Part shown: piece by piece, positions 9,224 to 18,303 of the stretch | Position numbering within the stretch: position 1 is the first letter of the stretch | Layout: every line of letters begins with the position of its first letter | DNA from: Candidatus Bipolaricaulota bacterium | GTDB taxonomy: Bacteria; Bipolaricaulota; Bipolaricaulia; UBA7950; UBA9294 | DNA: 59,051 bases | Direction of reading: 5' to 3' | Assembly (NCBI GenBank): GCA_030611415.1 | Contig: JAUWPW010000003.1 | Coordinates: 1 to 59,051 of the forward strand | Translations under genes and position numbers: made by a program | Notes under the pieces: model-generated | What the model was told of the DNA's origin: nothing | The model's database searches: none | Seen by the model: the letters and a program-made list of their open reading frames with translations, nothing else

Positions 9224-11374
9224 TTAAAACAGGGGGCTAAAGGCAAAGCCGAAATTTGGCACAATACCCATCTCCGGGCCGAGAACCCATGCCATGTTCA
9301 AACGCACGTACATCCCGACTGCCGCAATTCCTAACTCCACCCCAAAAGATGCCTTTGTGCCTTTGAGATTTACTTGACTCAGATTGACTCCACTGTCAAA
9401 GAACAGGCTTGTTGTTAGCCCTTCCACTACGGCCAGACGATACTCCATGTTTGAGTAGAACAACTGATTTACATAGGAGGTTTCTGCTCCGCGGATTGTC
9501 GAAGTTCCGCCGAACTCATAAGCCTGCGAGATGGGAATGTCTTTTCCTGTCCCTGCGACCAAACGGATGGCGAGGATTTGATCGCGCGAAGCGAGAAAAG
9601 GAAGATCAACGTGTAGGGGGGTGAAGTATACCCAGCTTAGGTCAAGCTTGGAAAACTTCATTCCGGGGGCAAATGCGCCAGCCTGCTCTAGCGCCAAACG
9701 ACGGCGACTACCTGTAGTAGGAAAGCGTGGGTTGGCAATGTTATCATAACGCAAGGCAGCTATGGCTGAATTGATGACTTGTTCAGTTGGGTCGACCTTT
9801 TCATGTTTGTATGAAAGATCAAGGTTTGTGTAGTCGGCACAGGGGTAACTGACGGAAGCATTTCCTCCTAGGGTAACAAAGTTTGTTGTCTCTTCGCCTG
9901 CTGTTCTGTCCTCGCTCTTGCGGTAGATATTGAGCCCGACACGGCTGAAATTGCGGAAGAAGGAGACCGTGCTATAACCCAAATCCCACTCTGTACTCGC
10001 GTCTCCGATTAGCCCTCGGCTGTAAGAAAGAGACAGATCTTGCCCGGTACCGAAAAGGTTTTTCTGGCTATACGTAAGTGTTCCAACTAGTCCCTGGCTT
10101 TCTGGTGAATAAGCTATGGAACCATTTATCCCGCCTAGCTTCTTGTTTTCGCTGATGGAAACTTTGAGGTGTACGGTTTCTTCAGCCCATTCAGGGAAGA
10201 TATCGACTGCATTGAAGTAACCAAGAGCCATGAGACCTTGGTAGCTTACTGCCAGCCGTTGGCGATTCAATATCTCTCCAGTACGTATCCCCAGGTTCTT
10301 CATAATAACATAGTCTTTGGTATAGGTGTTCCCCTCCAGACTGATCTCTCCGATTTCCCCTTCCTGTACTTCCAGAAAAAGCTTGCCTCCCTCGATGCTC
10401 TTTGCGGAAAAGCGAACCATGGTGTATCCATTGCGATGGTAAAGATCATAGAGGCCTTTTACTATTTGCAGGAGAGCGTAGTTGTCGATCGGAGTTTGTG
10501 GGATTCTACCTAACGCAGCACGCGCAATTTCTTCCGGGAACATGTTGATTCCCTCAAGTGCAATGTCTTTGACATCAGTGGCGGTATCTATAAGAACACG
10601 TTCTTTGAGATTCCATACAAGTTGTACTGAATCCTGCGTAATTCCTTGTTCTGGAGCTACGCTAACTTCAGAGAAAAAGACCGAAGAGTTAAGGTTGGTT
10701 AACGTTTGCTGAATTTGTGTCTTTTTCAGACATCTATCTTTGGGAATGTCAATCATTTTCAAGGCAAATTCTTCTGGAATGTCTACTAGTCCAGTGATAA
10801 CGTTCCCTGTTACTTTCCCCTCGATGATTTGTACTTGCAGAGTCTCTCCTGGGGTCACTGTTCCCATCATGATAAGGGTGTATCCCTTTTCGTCGTATGC
10901 GTCGATTACAGCGGTCAACGCTTCTGTTAGGGAGCTGGTGTTAAGTACCGTTCCTTTCTTTACTTCATGATCTCGAAAGACGCGAAGGATTTCGTCTGTG
11001 GGCATTATTAGTGGGCGGAAGAGTGTGATTCCAAAGAGCTCAAATGGTTCTGTGTTGATGTTTCCTGTAATCTCAATTGTGGTCAGGACAGAGTTTTCCT
11101 TTACATGAAAAATGAGCGTTCTTTCTTCATCGATTTCAGGGATCACTTCGCTGAACCAGCCTAGTTCGTAGATTGCTTGCGATGCTGCTTTTAGCTCACT
11201 AGCAGTGATCTGGTTCCCTGGTTCGAGGTTAACTACATCTAGAATCTCTCTTGTGTGGATTTCCTCATTGCCATCGATCTCTATTTTTGAGATAGTGAGC
11301 GGAAAAACGGCTGCTAATGCAGCTATTGACCAAACGAGAATCATAGCTAAGCTCAGTACGAAGAGTCTCTTCAC
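9224..11374 (-). CDS. bamA: Outer membrane protein assembly factor BamA (POTRA repeats + Omp85 barrel)
   Basis: 716 aa. Signal peptide MKRLFVLSLAMILVWSIAALA, repeated POTRA-like segments, and a C-terminal beta-barrel ending ...FGFAFSPLF (terminal aromatic). Confidence 0.9.
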   Translation of the reverse strand: MKRLFVLSLAMILVWSIAALAAVFPLTISKIEIDGNEEIHTREILDVVNLEPGNQITASELKAASQAIYELGWFSEVIPEIDEERTLIFHVKENSVLTTIEITGNINTEPFELFGITLFRPLIMPTDEILRVFRDHEVKKGTVLNTSSLTEALTAVIDAYDEKGYTLIMMGTVTPGETLQVQIIEGKVTGNVITGLVDIPEEFALKMIDIPKDRCLKKTQIQQTLTNLNSSVFFSEVSVAPEQGITQDSVQLVWNLKERVLIDTATDVKDIALEGINMFPEEIARAALGRIPQTPIDNYALLQIVKGLYDLYHRNGYTMVRFSAKSIEGGKLFLEVQEGEIGEISLEGNTYTKDYVIMKNLGIRTGEILNRQRLAVSYQGLMALGYFNAVDIFPEWAEETVHLKVSISENKKLGGINGSIAYSPESQGLVGTLTYSQKNLFGTGQDLSLSYSRGLIGDASTEWDLGYSTVSFFRNFSRVGLNIYRKSEDRTAGEETTNFVTLGGNASVSYPCADYTNLDLSYKHEKVDPTEQVINSAIAALRYDNIANPRFPTTGSRRRLALEQAGAFAPGMKFSKLDLSWVYFTPLHVDLPFLASRDQILAIRLVAGTGKDIPISQAYEFGGTSTIRGAETSYVNQLFYSNMEYRLAVVEGLTTSLFFDSGVNLSQVNLKGTKASFGVELGIAAVGMYVRLNMAWVLGPEMGIVPNFGFAFSPLF

Positions 11375-11386
11375 TCGCTTCCTCCT

Positions 11387-12922
11387 TTAGGCAAAGTTGC
11401 CATCGATTGAGCGATATTGAAGGGCTTCAGCAATGTGCTCCGCGGAGATCTGTGGAGCACCTTCAAGATCGGCGACTGTTCGTGCTACTTTAAGAACACG
11501 TGTGTAGCCTCGGGCACTTAGCGAAAACCGATCGATAGCCTTTTCCAAAAGCCCCTTCGCCTCCTTCCTAAGTATGCAATATTGCCCTAACTCTTTCGAA
11601 TTTAGTTGAGCATTCGAAAATCGGCCTGGCTTTGTCTTCATTCGCTCCCATTGTATCCGTCTTGCTTCCTTTACTCTAGTCTGGACTGAGTGCGAGTCTT
11701 CCCTTGTGGGGCGGGCGACCAATTCTTCTCGGCTAAGCCGTGGAACTTCAACGAAAAGATCGATTCTGTCCATGAATGGGCCAGAGATACGTTTTCGATA
11801 GCGTTTGATTTCGTGCAGACTACAAGTGCATGGATGAAGGTGGTCCCCCAGGTGTCCACATGGACAGGGATTCATTGCGCAGACCAACATAAAATTGGCG
11901 GGATAGCGGACTGATACACCTGCGCGAGACAGCAAGATTGTTCGGTCTTCAAGTGGTTGTCGTAGGGTTTCCAGAACGCGCCGATCGAATTCAGGGAGTT
12001 CATCAAGAAACAGCACGCCGCGGTGAACAAGCGTAATCTCTCCTGGACTTGGGAGGCCATGCCCTCCACCCACCATTCCAGCATAGGAGATGGTGTGGTG
12101 CGGACATCGAAACGGTCGTTGGGCCACTAGGGGTGTATTGTGTTCTACCATGCCGGCACTACTATGGATTCGTGTAACTTCAATCGATTCCTCAAATGAA
12201 AGAGGCGGAAGAATTCCAGGGAGGCAATGTGCTAACATGCTTTTTCCCGCTCCGGGAGGGCCGATCATTAATAGATTGTGTTCGCCTGCTGCTGCCACCT
12301 CAAGTGCACGTTTAGCCTGCTCTTGTCCCTTTATGTCAGACATATCTATGGAGGGTTCCTTGAAGGCTCTTGCCATAACTTCGGTGCGATCCATTTCAAA
12401 TCTGGGTAAGGTGAGCTTGCCAGAAAGTCCTTCAGCTGCTTCAGTGAGTGTGCGCACAGGATAAACGGCAATGTCGTCGATGAGGGCTCCTTCACGGGCA
12501 TTGTCCTTTGGCAGAACTATCCCATCCATTTTTGCTTGAGCTGCCATCAAGGTGATTGGTAGAACTCCGCGCACACTTCGTACCTCACCATTCAGGGAGA
12601 GTTCTCCAAGGAGCAAGTAACGCCCTGGACAAGGAGAGACTTGGCCGGATGCCACAAGGATCCCTAGAGCGGTTGCCAGGTCGAATCCAACGCCTTCTTT
12701 GCGTAGATCAGCTGGAGCGAGATTGGCGGTAATTCGACTTGGTGGGAATAAATAGCCCGAATTCTTTATGGCGCTGCGAATCCGCTCACGGCTTTCGGTT
12801 ACCTCTTTTTCTGGTAGCCCCACAACCTGAAATCTGGGAAGACCGCCCGCCACATCGCACTGTACTTCCACTATTCTTGCGTCGATCCCAACTACCACAC
12901 CGCTCAAAAGCCGTGCGAACAT
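11387..12922 (-). CDS. comM: YifB/ComM family Mg-chelatase-like AAA+ ATPase
   Basis: 511 aa. Lon-protease-like N-domain, Walker A GPPGAGKS, and a Mg-chelatase ChlI-like core with its C-terminal domain. Confidence 0.9.
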   Translation of the reverse strand: MFARLLSGVVVGIDARIVEVQCDVAGGLPRFQVVGLPEKEVTESRERIRSAIKNSGYLFPPSRITANLAPADLRKEGVGFDLATALGILVASGQVSPCPGRYLLLGELSLNGEVRSVRGVLPITLMAAQAKMDGIVLPKDNAREGALIDDIAVYPVRTLTEAAEGLSGKLTLPRFEMDRTEVMARAFKEPSIDMSDIKGQEQAKRALEVAAAGEHNLLMIGPPGAGKSMLAHCLPGILPPLSFEESIEVTRIHSSAGMVEHNTPLVAQRPFRCPHHTISYAGMVGGGHGLPSPGEITLVHRGVLFLDELPEFDRRVLETLRQPLEDRTILLSRAGVSVRYPANFMLVCAMNPCPCGHLGDHLHPCTCSLHEIKRYRKRISGPFMDRIDLFVEVPRLSREELVARPTREDSHSVQTRVKEARRIQWERMKTKPGRFSNAQLNSKELGQYCILRKEAKGLLEKAIDRFSLSARGYTRVLKVARTVADLEGAPQISAEHIAEALQYRSIDGNFA

Positions 12923-13326
12923 GTGTCCTCAACTTGGAATGCGTCCTGGTAAAGCGAAATCCCCTTGCTCTCAACTATTACTACGTCGAATCGGGCTGGT
13001 AACTCAGATCTGGTCATCCTCAAGTAAGCCTTTGCTGTGGTAATAATTCGCTTGCATTTCCAGAAAGTGACCGCTTCTCTTGCATCACCGTACCCTGAAC
13101 TTGTGCGCATCTTAACCTCGACAAATACAAGGATTCCTTTGTCGCGGGCAATAATGTCTATCTCTCCAAAGCGAGAATGCCAATTGCGTTCGATGATTGC
13201 ATATCCATGTTTACGAAGAAACTGGCATGCAATATCTTCTGCCCATTTCCCAAGTCGTTGTCCTTTATTCTTATGTGTCATATTCTGTTGTCTCATATTT
13301 GGTGATCTGTAATATAATAACCGCAT
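12904..13326 (-). CDS. yraN: YraN family (UPF0102) endonuclease-like protein
   Basis: GEIDIIARD...VFVEVK motif (PD-(D/E)xK-like) typical of UPF0102. The likely true start is ATG 13281 (MTHKNKGQ..., 125 aa). Overlaps the comM start by 19 nt. Confidence 0.85.
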   Translation of the reverse strand: MRLLYYRSPNMRQQNMTHKNKGQRLGKWAEDIACQFLRKHGYAIIERNWHSRFGEIDIIARDKGILVFVEVKMRTSSGYGDAREAVTFWKCKRIITTAKAYLRMTRSELPARFDVVIVESKGISLYQDAFQVEDTCSHGF

Positions 13327-13439
13327 TGTGCTGTGTTAGGCAAGGAGTGATAAGTCGCGAAAATGACTTTGCGAACTCTAGCGAGTATGGGTATACTTTA
13401 TATCTTGTGAACAGGATAAAAAACGAGCAAGAAGGTTAG

Positions 13440-14220
13440 ATGCGCATAGTCCTTAGAAATGTTGCAGTAGTTACTGAGGGAACCTCTGTAGCTGAAAACG
13501 TGGACCTCCAGATTAATGATACCAAAATCTGTTCCATTACCAAAGAAGATTTGTCAACAACTGAATGTGATGTGTTAATAGACGGAACCGGTAAATTGGC
13601 GATCCCGGGGTTGATCAACGCACATAATCACCTGGCAGAAACATTGAGCGAGACGAGGTGGTGTCAGGAACAGAATTGTGTTTATGTGAATAGCGATGAC
13701 ATGCGCCTGCTTGCTGAAAGAAAAGTGAAAGTGGTTCACTGTCCGAAAAGTAATGCGAAGCTCGCATGGAGAAGCTCTCCAGTTTCGATGATGCTGAGAA
13801 GTGGAGTAACCATTGCATTGGGAACAGATGGAGCAGCCTCAAACAATAGCCTGAACATGATAGAAGAGATGAGGATGGCAGCTCTTTTTGGGAAAAGGAC
13901 TTGCCCAGGACCCAACCGTGCTGTCAGCTCAGGAGGTATTCCAAATGGCGACAGTGAATGGTGCTTCTGCTTTGAATGAAGAAGTGGGAACTCTTGGCGC
14001 GGGGAAGGAAGCCGATATTGTCTTGGTCGAAATGGATAGCGTTTATACTCTTCCAGCTTATGACCCTTTATCAGCCTTGGTCTATTCCGCGTAGACAGAA
14101 AATGTAACTGACGTCATTGTTGCCGGTCGGATCTTGTTACGGGACAGAGAACTTCTGACAATCGATGAAGAAAAGGTAAAAGAAGAAGTAAGATGCTTGG
14201 CAGACAGGTATAAGAACTGA
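13440..14220 (+). pseudogene. Decayed MtaD/SsnA-type amidohydrolase (5-methylthioadenosine/S-adenosylhomocysteine deaminase-like)
   Basis: The N-terminus runs up to the HxH motif (GLINAHNHLA) and joins almost directly to the C-terminal third (VVHCPKSNAKLA, ALGTDGAASNN). There is a +1 frame change at the run GGGAAAAGG (about 13884) and an in-frame TAG at 14092..14094. The family C-terminus (ENVTDVIVAGRILLRDRELLTIDEE...) continues after the TAG to TGA 14220. Confidence 0.8.
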
Positions 14221-14230
14221 ATAGTTTTCC

Positions 14231-14265
14231 AATCCTGGGAGAAGGGGTATCCCTCGCTCGGGATT
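14231..14265 (+). promoter_or_regulatory. Imperfect extended hairpin in the rpsO leader (candidate S15 autoregulatory or processing structure)
   Basis: AATCCTGGGAG..GGGGtatCCCT..CTCGGGATT. Outer AATCC/GGATT stem plus inner GGG/CCC stem with a 3-nt loop. It ends 8 nt before the SD AAAGGGAGGG of rpsO. Confidence 0.3.
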
Positions 14266-14285
14266 AGGGAACAAAGGGAGGGCAG

Positions 14286-14558
14286 ATGAGCCTTACATGT
14301 GAAAGGACAGAAGAAATAATCCGTAAGTACGGGAAAAATGAGAAAGATACCGGATCAGTGAGCGTACAAATTGCACTTTTAACGGAACGTGTTACCCAGT
14401 TAACAGGACACTTGAATGTGCATAAGAAGGATTTTGGCTCGCAGCGAGGTCTGCGAAAGATGGTCGGCCAACGCCGTCGCTTGCTGAAGTATCTAAAGAA
14501 TCAAGATCTTGCAGCATATAAGGATCTGATTCAACAACTGGGCATAAGAGGAGTATAA
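14286..14558 (+). CDS. rpsO: 30S ribosomal protein S15
   Basis: 90 aa with [14 protein letters not shown]...HLNVHKKD motifs. Immediately upstream of pnp (5-nt gap). Confidence 0.97.
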   Translation: MSLTCERTEEIIRKYGKNEKDTGSVSVQIALLTERVTQLTGHLNVHKKDFGSQRGLRKMVGQRRRLLKYLKNQDLAAYKDLIQQLGIRGV

Positions 14559-14563
14559 GATAA

Positions 14564-17017
14564 ATGTTAGTTAGAGAAAGTGTACAGTTTAGTGGAAAAG
14601 AACTTGCCCTTGAAACAGGGCAACTGGCAAGGCAAGCAGATGCAGCGGTGCTGGCCATATATGGTGACACACGTGTGTTGGTGAGTGTAACCCACCAGGA
14701 AAACAAGAGGAACCTTGACTACTTCCCATTGCGTGTTGATTATGAGGAACGGTTTTATGCTGCAGGAAAGATCCCCGGTGGCTTTTTTAAGCGAGAGGGA
14801 AGGCCAAGTGATGTAGCAACGCTAAGTGCTCGCATGATCGACAGGCCAATTCGCCCACTCTTCCCCGACGGATACAACGATGAGATACAGATTGTAGCAA
14901 CCGTCTTGTCTGTGGAGCCCGATTGCAATCCAGGTATTCTGGCTATTCTTGGTGCTTCTGCGGCTCTGATGATTTCAGAAGTGCCATTTGAAGGACCAAT
15001 AGCTGGGGTAAGGATTGGATTACAGGATGGAAGGTTGGTTGTAAATCCTGAAGCAACATTGCAGGAAGAGAACGGAGTGGAAATCACCGTTGTTGGAACC
15101 AAGAAGACAGTGACAATGGTGGAAGGACATATGAAGGAACTTCCCGAAGAAGAGCTTGTCGAGGCAGCTGATCTTGCGCATCGCGCAATTCAAGAGCTGC
15201 TTGCCTTGCAGGAGAAGTTCGTCGGTCGGATTCAGCCGAGAAAGGTGGAATTTACTCCTGTAATTGAGGATGCTGTCTTGCGGGAACGAGTTCAGTCCGT
15301 TGTTTGTCCTCGATTTCCATCTATGCATGGGTTTTCGACCAAGCGAGAATTGAATGATTTTGTAGCCTCACTCCGAGAGCAGGCGATCGAGACGGCTATC
15401 ACCGAAGAGCTTTCGGCAGAGGAGAGGACAAAGCTAGAACGGCGCGTATCTTCCCTAGTAGACGGGTTCTACGGGGAGTATATGAGGCAGGGGATTCTGG
15501 AACGAGGTGAACGAATCGATGGCCGTCGACCAGATGATTTACGCCAGATTAGCTGTCAGGTTGGGAATCTTCCGCGAGCGCATGGTTCCGCAGTGTTTAC
15601 TCGAGGCGAGACACAAAGCCTTGGGGTTGTTACCCTTGGCGCTTCCCGTAGTGATGAGCAAATCATTGACCAGATGATGAAAGAGGGGCGCAAGCGATTC
15701 ATGGTCCATTACAATTTTCCTCCTTTCTCGGTGGGCGAAGTGTCACCGTTGCGTGGGCCTAGCCGACGATCCATTGGGCATGGATACCTGGCAGAAGGTG
15801 CTCTAAGTAGCGTTGTGCCTGATGAAGAAGACTTTCCATATACTATTCGCATCGTATCAGAGATCTTGGAGTCAAACGGTTCTTCATCCATGGCCAGTGT
15901 GTGTAGTGGATGTCTTGCCATGATGGATGCGGGAGTGCCGACGAAGAAGGCAATCGCGGGGATTGCTATGGGGATGGTTGAAGATCCTATCTCCAAGAAA
16001 CATGTGATTCTTACGGACATCACGGGTGATGAAGACCACTATGGCGATATGGACTTCAAGATCGCCGGAACATATGATGGGGTTACCGCGTTTCAGCTCG
16101 ATGTCAAAGTTGGTGGCATTAGCAAGGAAACCATTCGCGAAGTGTTGTCCAAGGCTAAGCGTGCCCGGTTGATTATTCTTGATGAAATGACGAGAGCCAT
16201 TCCCGCTCCGAGAGAACACCTTTCCTCATTTGCTCCAAGTCTGGTGACGATTAACATTCCAGCGGAGAAGATAGGGGCAGTAATCGGACCTGGTGGAAAA
16301 ATGATTCGCAAGATTATTGAGGAGACCGGCGCCACCATCGATATTGATGATGATGGAAGGGTCACACTATCCGGTGTTGACTCCGAAGCAGTTGCTGCTG
16401 CGCAGGAACGGATCGAGGATCTTACCTCCGAGTTGGAGGTTGGGACAGTAATAGCAACCAAGGTTACTCGTGTTGTTGATTTCGGGGCATTTGTTGAATT
16501 GAAGAATGGCTCCGAAGGGTTAGTCCACGTTTCTCATCTCGCTTCTGGTTACGTTGACAATGTTCGCGATATCGTAAAGCCGGGTGATGAGATTACAGTT
16601 GAGGTAATTGGAGAGGACAAGATGGGGCGTCCCGACCTCAAACGCGTGGAAGATGAAGGTGAATCTTCGGGACAAGAGAGAGCTAAGACCTCAAGTAAGG
16701 GAAAGCGGAGAGGAAAACCCGTAAAGCCTGAAAGCAGAATTAAAGTTGGAGCGATTATTGAAGGAACGGTTGCTAATACTACCGACTATGGAGCATTTGT
16801 TGAATTGGGCTCCGATATTACCGGGCTGATACACATCTCCGAACTCTCAGATAATTACGTCAAACGTGTGGAGGATGTAGTAAGAACGGGAGACCGAGTG
16901 ACTGTTGAAGTGTTGAAGATCGACGAGCGCGGCCGCTACAAGCTGCGCCGGATCATTCCCGAAGAAGAGAAAGAGAAGAACGAGACGAAGGAGCTTGATT
17001 TTGAGGACCGTTGGTGA
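14564..17017 (+). CDS. pnp: Polyribonucleotide nucleotidyltransferase (PNPase) with two C-terminal S1 domains
   Basis: 817 aa. Two RNase PH domains, a KH domain (IGAVIGPGGKMIRKIIEETG), then S1 number 1 (about 16431..16650), a basic linker, and S1 number 2 (about 16739..16950). Confidence 0.95.
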   Translation: MLVRESVQFSGKELALETGQLARQADAAVLAIYGDTRVLVSVTHQENKRNLDYFPLRVDYEERFYAAGKIPGGFFKREGRPSDVATLSARMIDRPIRPLFPDGYNDEIQIVATVLSVEPDCNPGILAILGASAALMISEVPFEGPIAGVRIGLQDGRLVVNPEATLQEENGVEITVVGTKKTVTMVEGHMKELPEEELVEAADLAHRAIQELLALQEKFVGRIQPRKVEFTPVIEDAVLRERVQSVVCPRFPSMHGFSTKRELNDFVASLREQAIETAITEELSAEERTKLERRVSSLVDGFYGEYMRQGILERGERIDGRRPDDLRQISCQVGNLPRAHGSAVFTRGETQSLGVVTLGASRSDEQIIDQMMKEGRKRFMVHYNFPPFSVGEVSPLRGPSRRSIGHGYLAEGALSSVVPDEEDFPYTIRIVSEILESNGSSSMASVCSGCLAMMDAGVPTKKAIAGIAMGMVEDPISKKHVILTDITGDEDHYGDMDFKIAGTYDGVTAFQLDVKVGGISKETIREVLSKAKRARLIILDEMTRAIPAPREHLSSFAPSLVTINIPAEKIGAVIGPGGKMIRKIIEETGATIDIDDDGRVTLSGVDSEAVAAAQERIEDLTSELEVGTVIATKVTRVVDFGAFVELKNGSEGLVHVSHLASGYVDNVRDIVKPGDEITVEVIGEDKMGRPDLKRVEDEGESSGQERAKTSSKGKRRGKPVKPESRIKVGAIIEGTVANTTDYGAFVELGSDITGLIHISELSDNYVKRVEDVVRTGDRVTVEVLKIDERGRYKLRRIIPEEEKEKNETKELDFEDRW

Positions 17018-18291
17018 AAAGATCTCTCTACGATGGTGCTTTTTCTTGTAGACTTGAAAACGGGCTACAGGTTTTGGTGGAAGAGAGGTTGCCTTCCCGA
17101 ACGGTAAGTATTGGTGTCTGGGTCAGAACAGGGAGCCGCGATGATCCGGACGCTCTTCCTGGTCTGGCGCATTTTATTGAGCACTTGTTGTTTCGCGGAA
17201 CAGCGACCCGTAGCGCAGAACAGATAGCTCGAGAGATTGATGCGATCGGCGGGTATCTAAACGGAGCTACAGGAAAAGAACACAGTCTTTACTACGCTAG
17301 TGTTCCAAGCAATGGTTTTTCCCTTGCACTACAACTTCTCATTGATCTAGTACAGAATCCTAGATTCGATGAACAGGAGATTAAGCGCGAGAGGAAGGTA
17401 GTTCTTGAGGAGATTCGTGGGCATGATGATGATCCAGAGCAACTAGCGTACGATTTGTTTGCGGCAGGTTTGTGGAAAGATAAACATCATCTCTGTTCTT
17501 CAGTCTTAGGAAGGCATGAGGTGATCAGACGCGTAACTCGCCGAGAGATCGATGGACAGTATCGTCTTTTCTATCAGCCCAAGAACATGATTCTCGTTGT
17601 GTGTGGGGCGGTTGAGCACGAAAACGTATTTGCAGTGGTGAAGCGATTGACTAATGGCTCGCTTACTGATGTTTCTGTTACTGAGCGGGTAGCCCCACGG
17701 ATGATGAGTGGACGTGCATTTCACGAGCGTAGTACTGGGCAGTCTCATATCTACTTAGGTTTTCCCGGAGTAGCTGCTGCTGACGACAGCCGTTTTCCCA
17801 TGGAGGTGGCAAATACAGTTCTTGGAGGTGGGATGAGCTCGCGTCTGTTCCGCACTATTCGCGAGGAACTTGGGCTGGCTTATTCCGTTTTCAGTGATGT
17901 TGCTTGTTACTCTGATACAGGTACCTGGATCATCTATGCTGCCACTGCACCAGAGACGGTAGCCGAAGTTGTAGGAGTGATAAGAAGGGAGATAGATTGC
18001 TTGAATTCTACAGGGATAGCGAGCGATGATATTATGTTGGCTAAGAGAAAACTGTGCGGAGGTTTAGTCCTAAGCTCAGAAACAAACTACAATTCTATGC
18101 TCAGATTAGGATACGCTGCAGTGAATGGCATGGAAATACTTTCCCTAGATGAAATAATTACTCTCCTGGAGGCTGTTTCCGAAAAGGATGCCTGGCGAGC
18201 CTTGAAGCAGCATATGCAAGAGGATTCCATGAACCTGGCGGTGATTGGCCCACGTACGTCTGATGTTGTGGGAATTGAAGATTTAGAATAG
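17014..18291 (+). CDS. M16 (pitrilysin) family zinc peptidase
   Basis: HFIEH (HxxEH) zinc motif within GLAHFIEHLLFRG. GTG 17014 forms a GTGA overlap with the pnp stop; the track uses TTG 17011. Confidence 0.88.
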   Translation: MKRSLYDGAFSCRLENGLQVLVEERLPSRTVSIGVWVRTGSRDDPDALPGLAHFIEHLLFRGTATRSAEQIAREIDAIGGYLNGATGKEHSLYYASVPSNGFSLALQLLIDLVQNPRFDEQEIKRERKVVLEEIRGHDDDPEQLAYDLFAAGLWKDKHHLCSSVLGRHEVIRRVTRREIDGQYRLFYQPKNMILVVCGAVEHENVFAVVKRLTNGSLTDVSVTERVAPRMMSGRAFHERSTGQSHIYLGFPGVAAADDSRFPMEVANTVLGGGMSSRLFRTIREELGLAYSVFSDVACYSDTGTWIIYAATAPETVAEVVGVIRREIDCLNSTGIASDDIMLAKRKLCGGLVLSSETNYNSMLRLGYAAVNGMEILSLDEIITLLEAVSEKDAWRALKQHMQEDSMNLAVIGPRTSDVVGIEDLE

Positions 18292-18303
18292 AATCGTCTT
18301 GAC

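Noticed and set aside
14092-14094. In-frame TAG in the amidohydrolase as possible stop-codon recoding (pyrrolysine or read-through)
   Set aside because: The same gene also has a large internal deletion and a frameshift. No pyl genes or other in-frame TAGs were seen in the window, so plain pseudogenisation is the simpler explanation.
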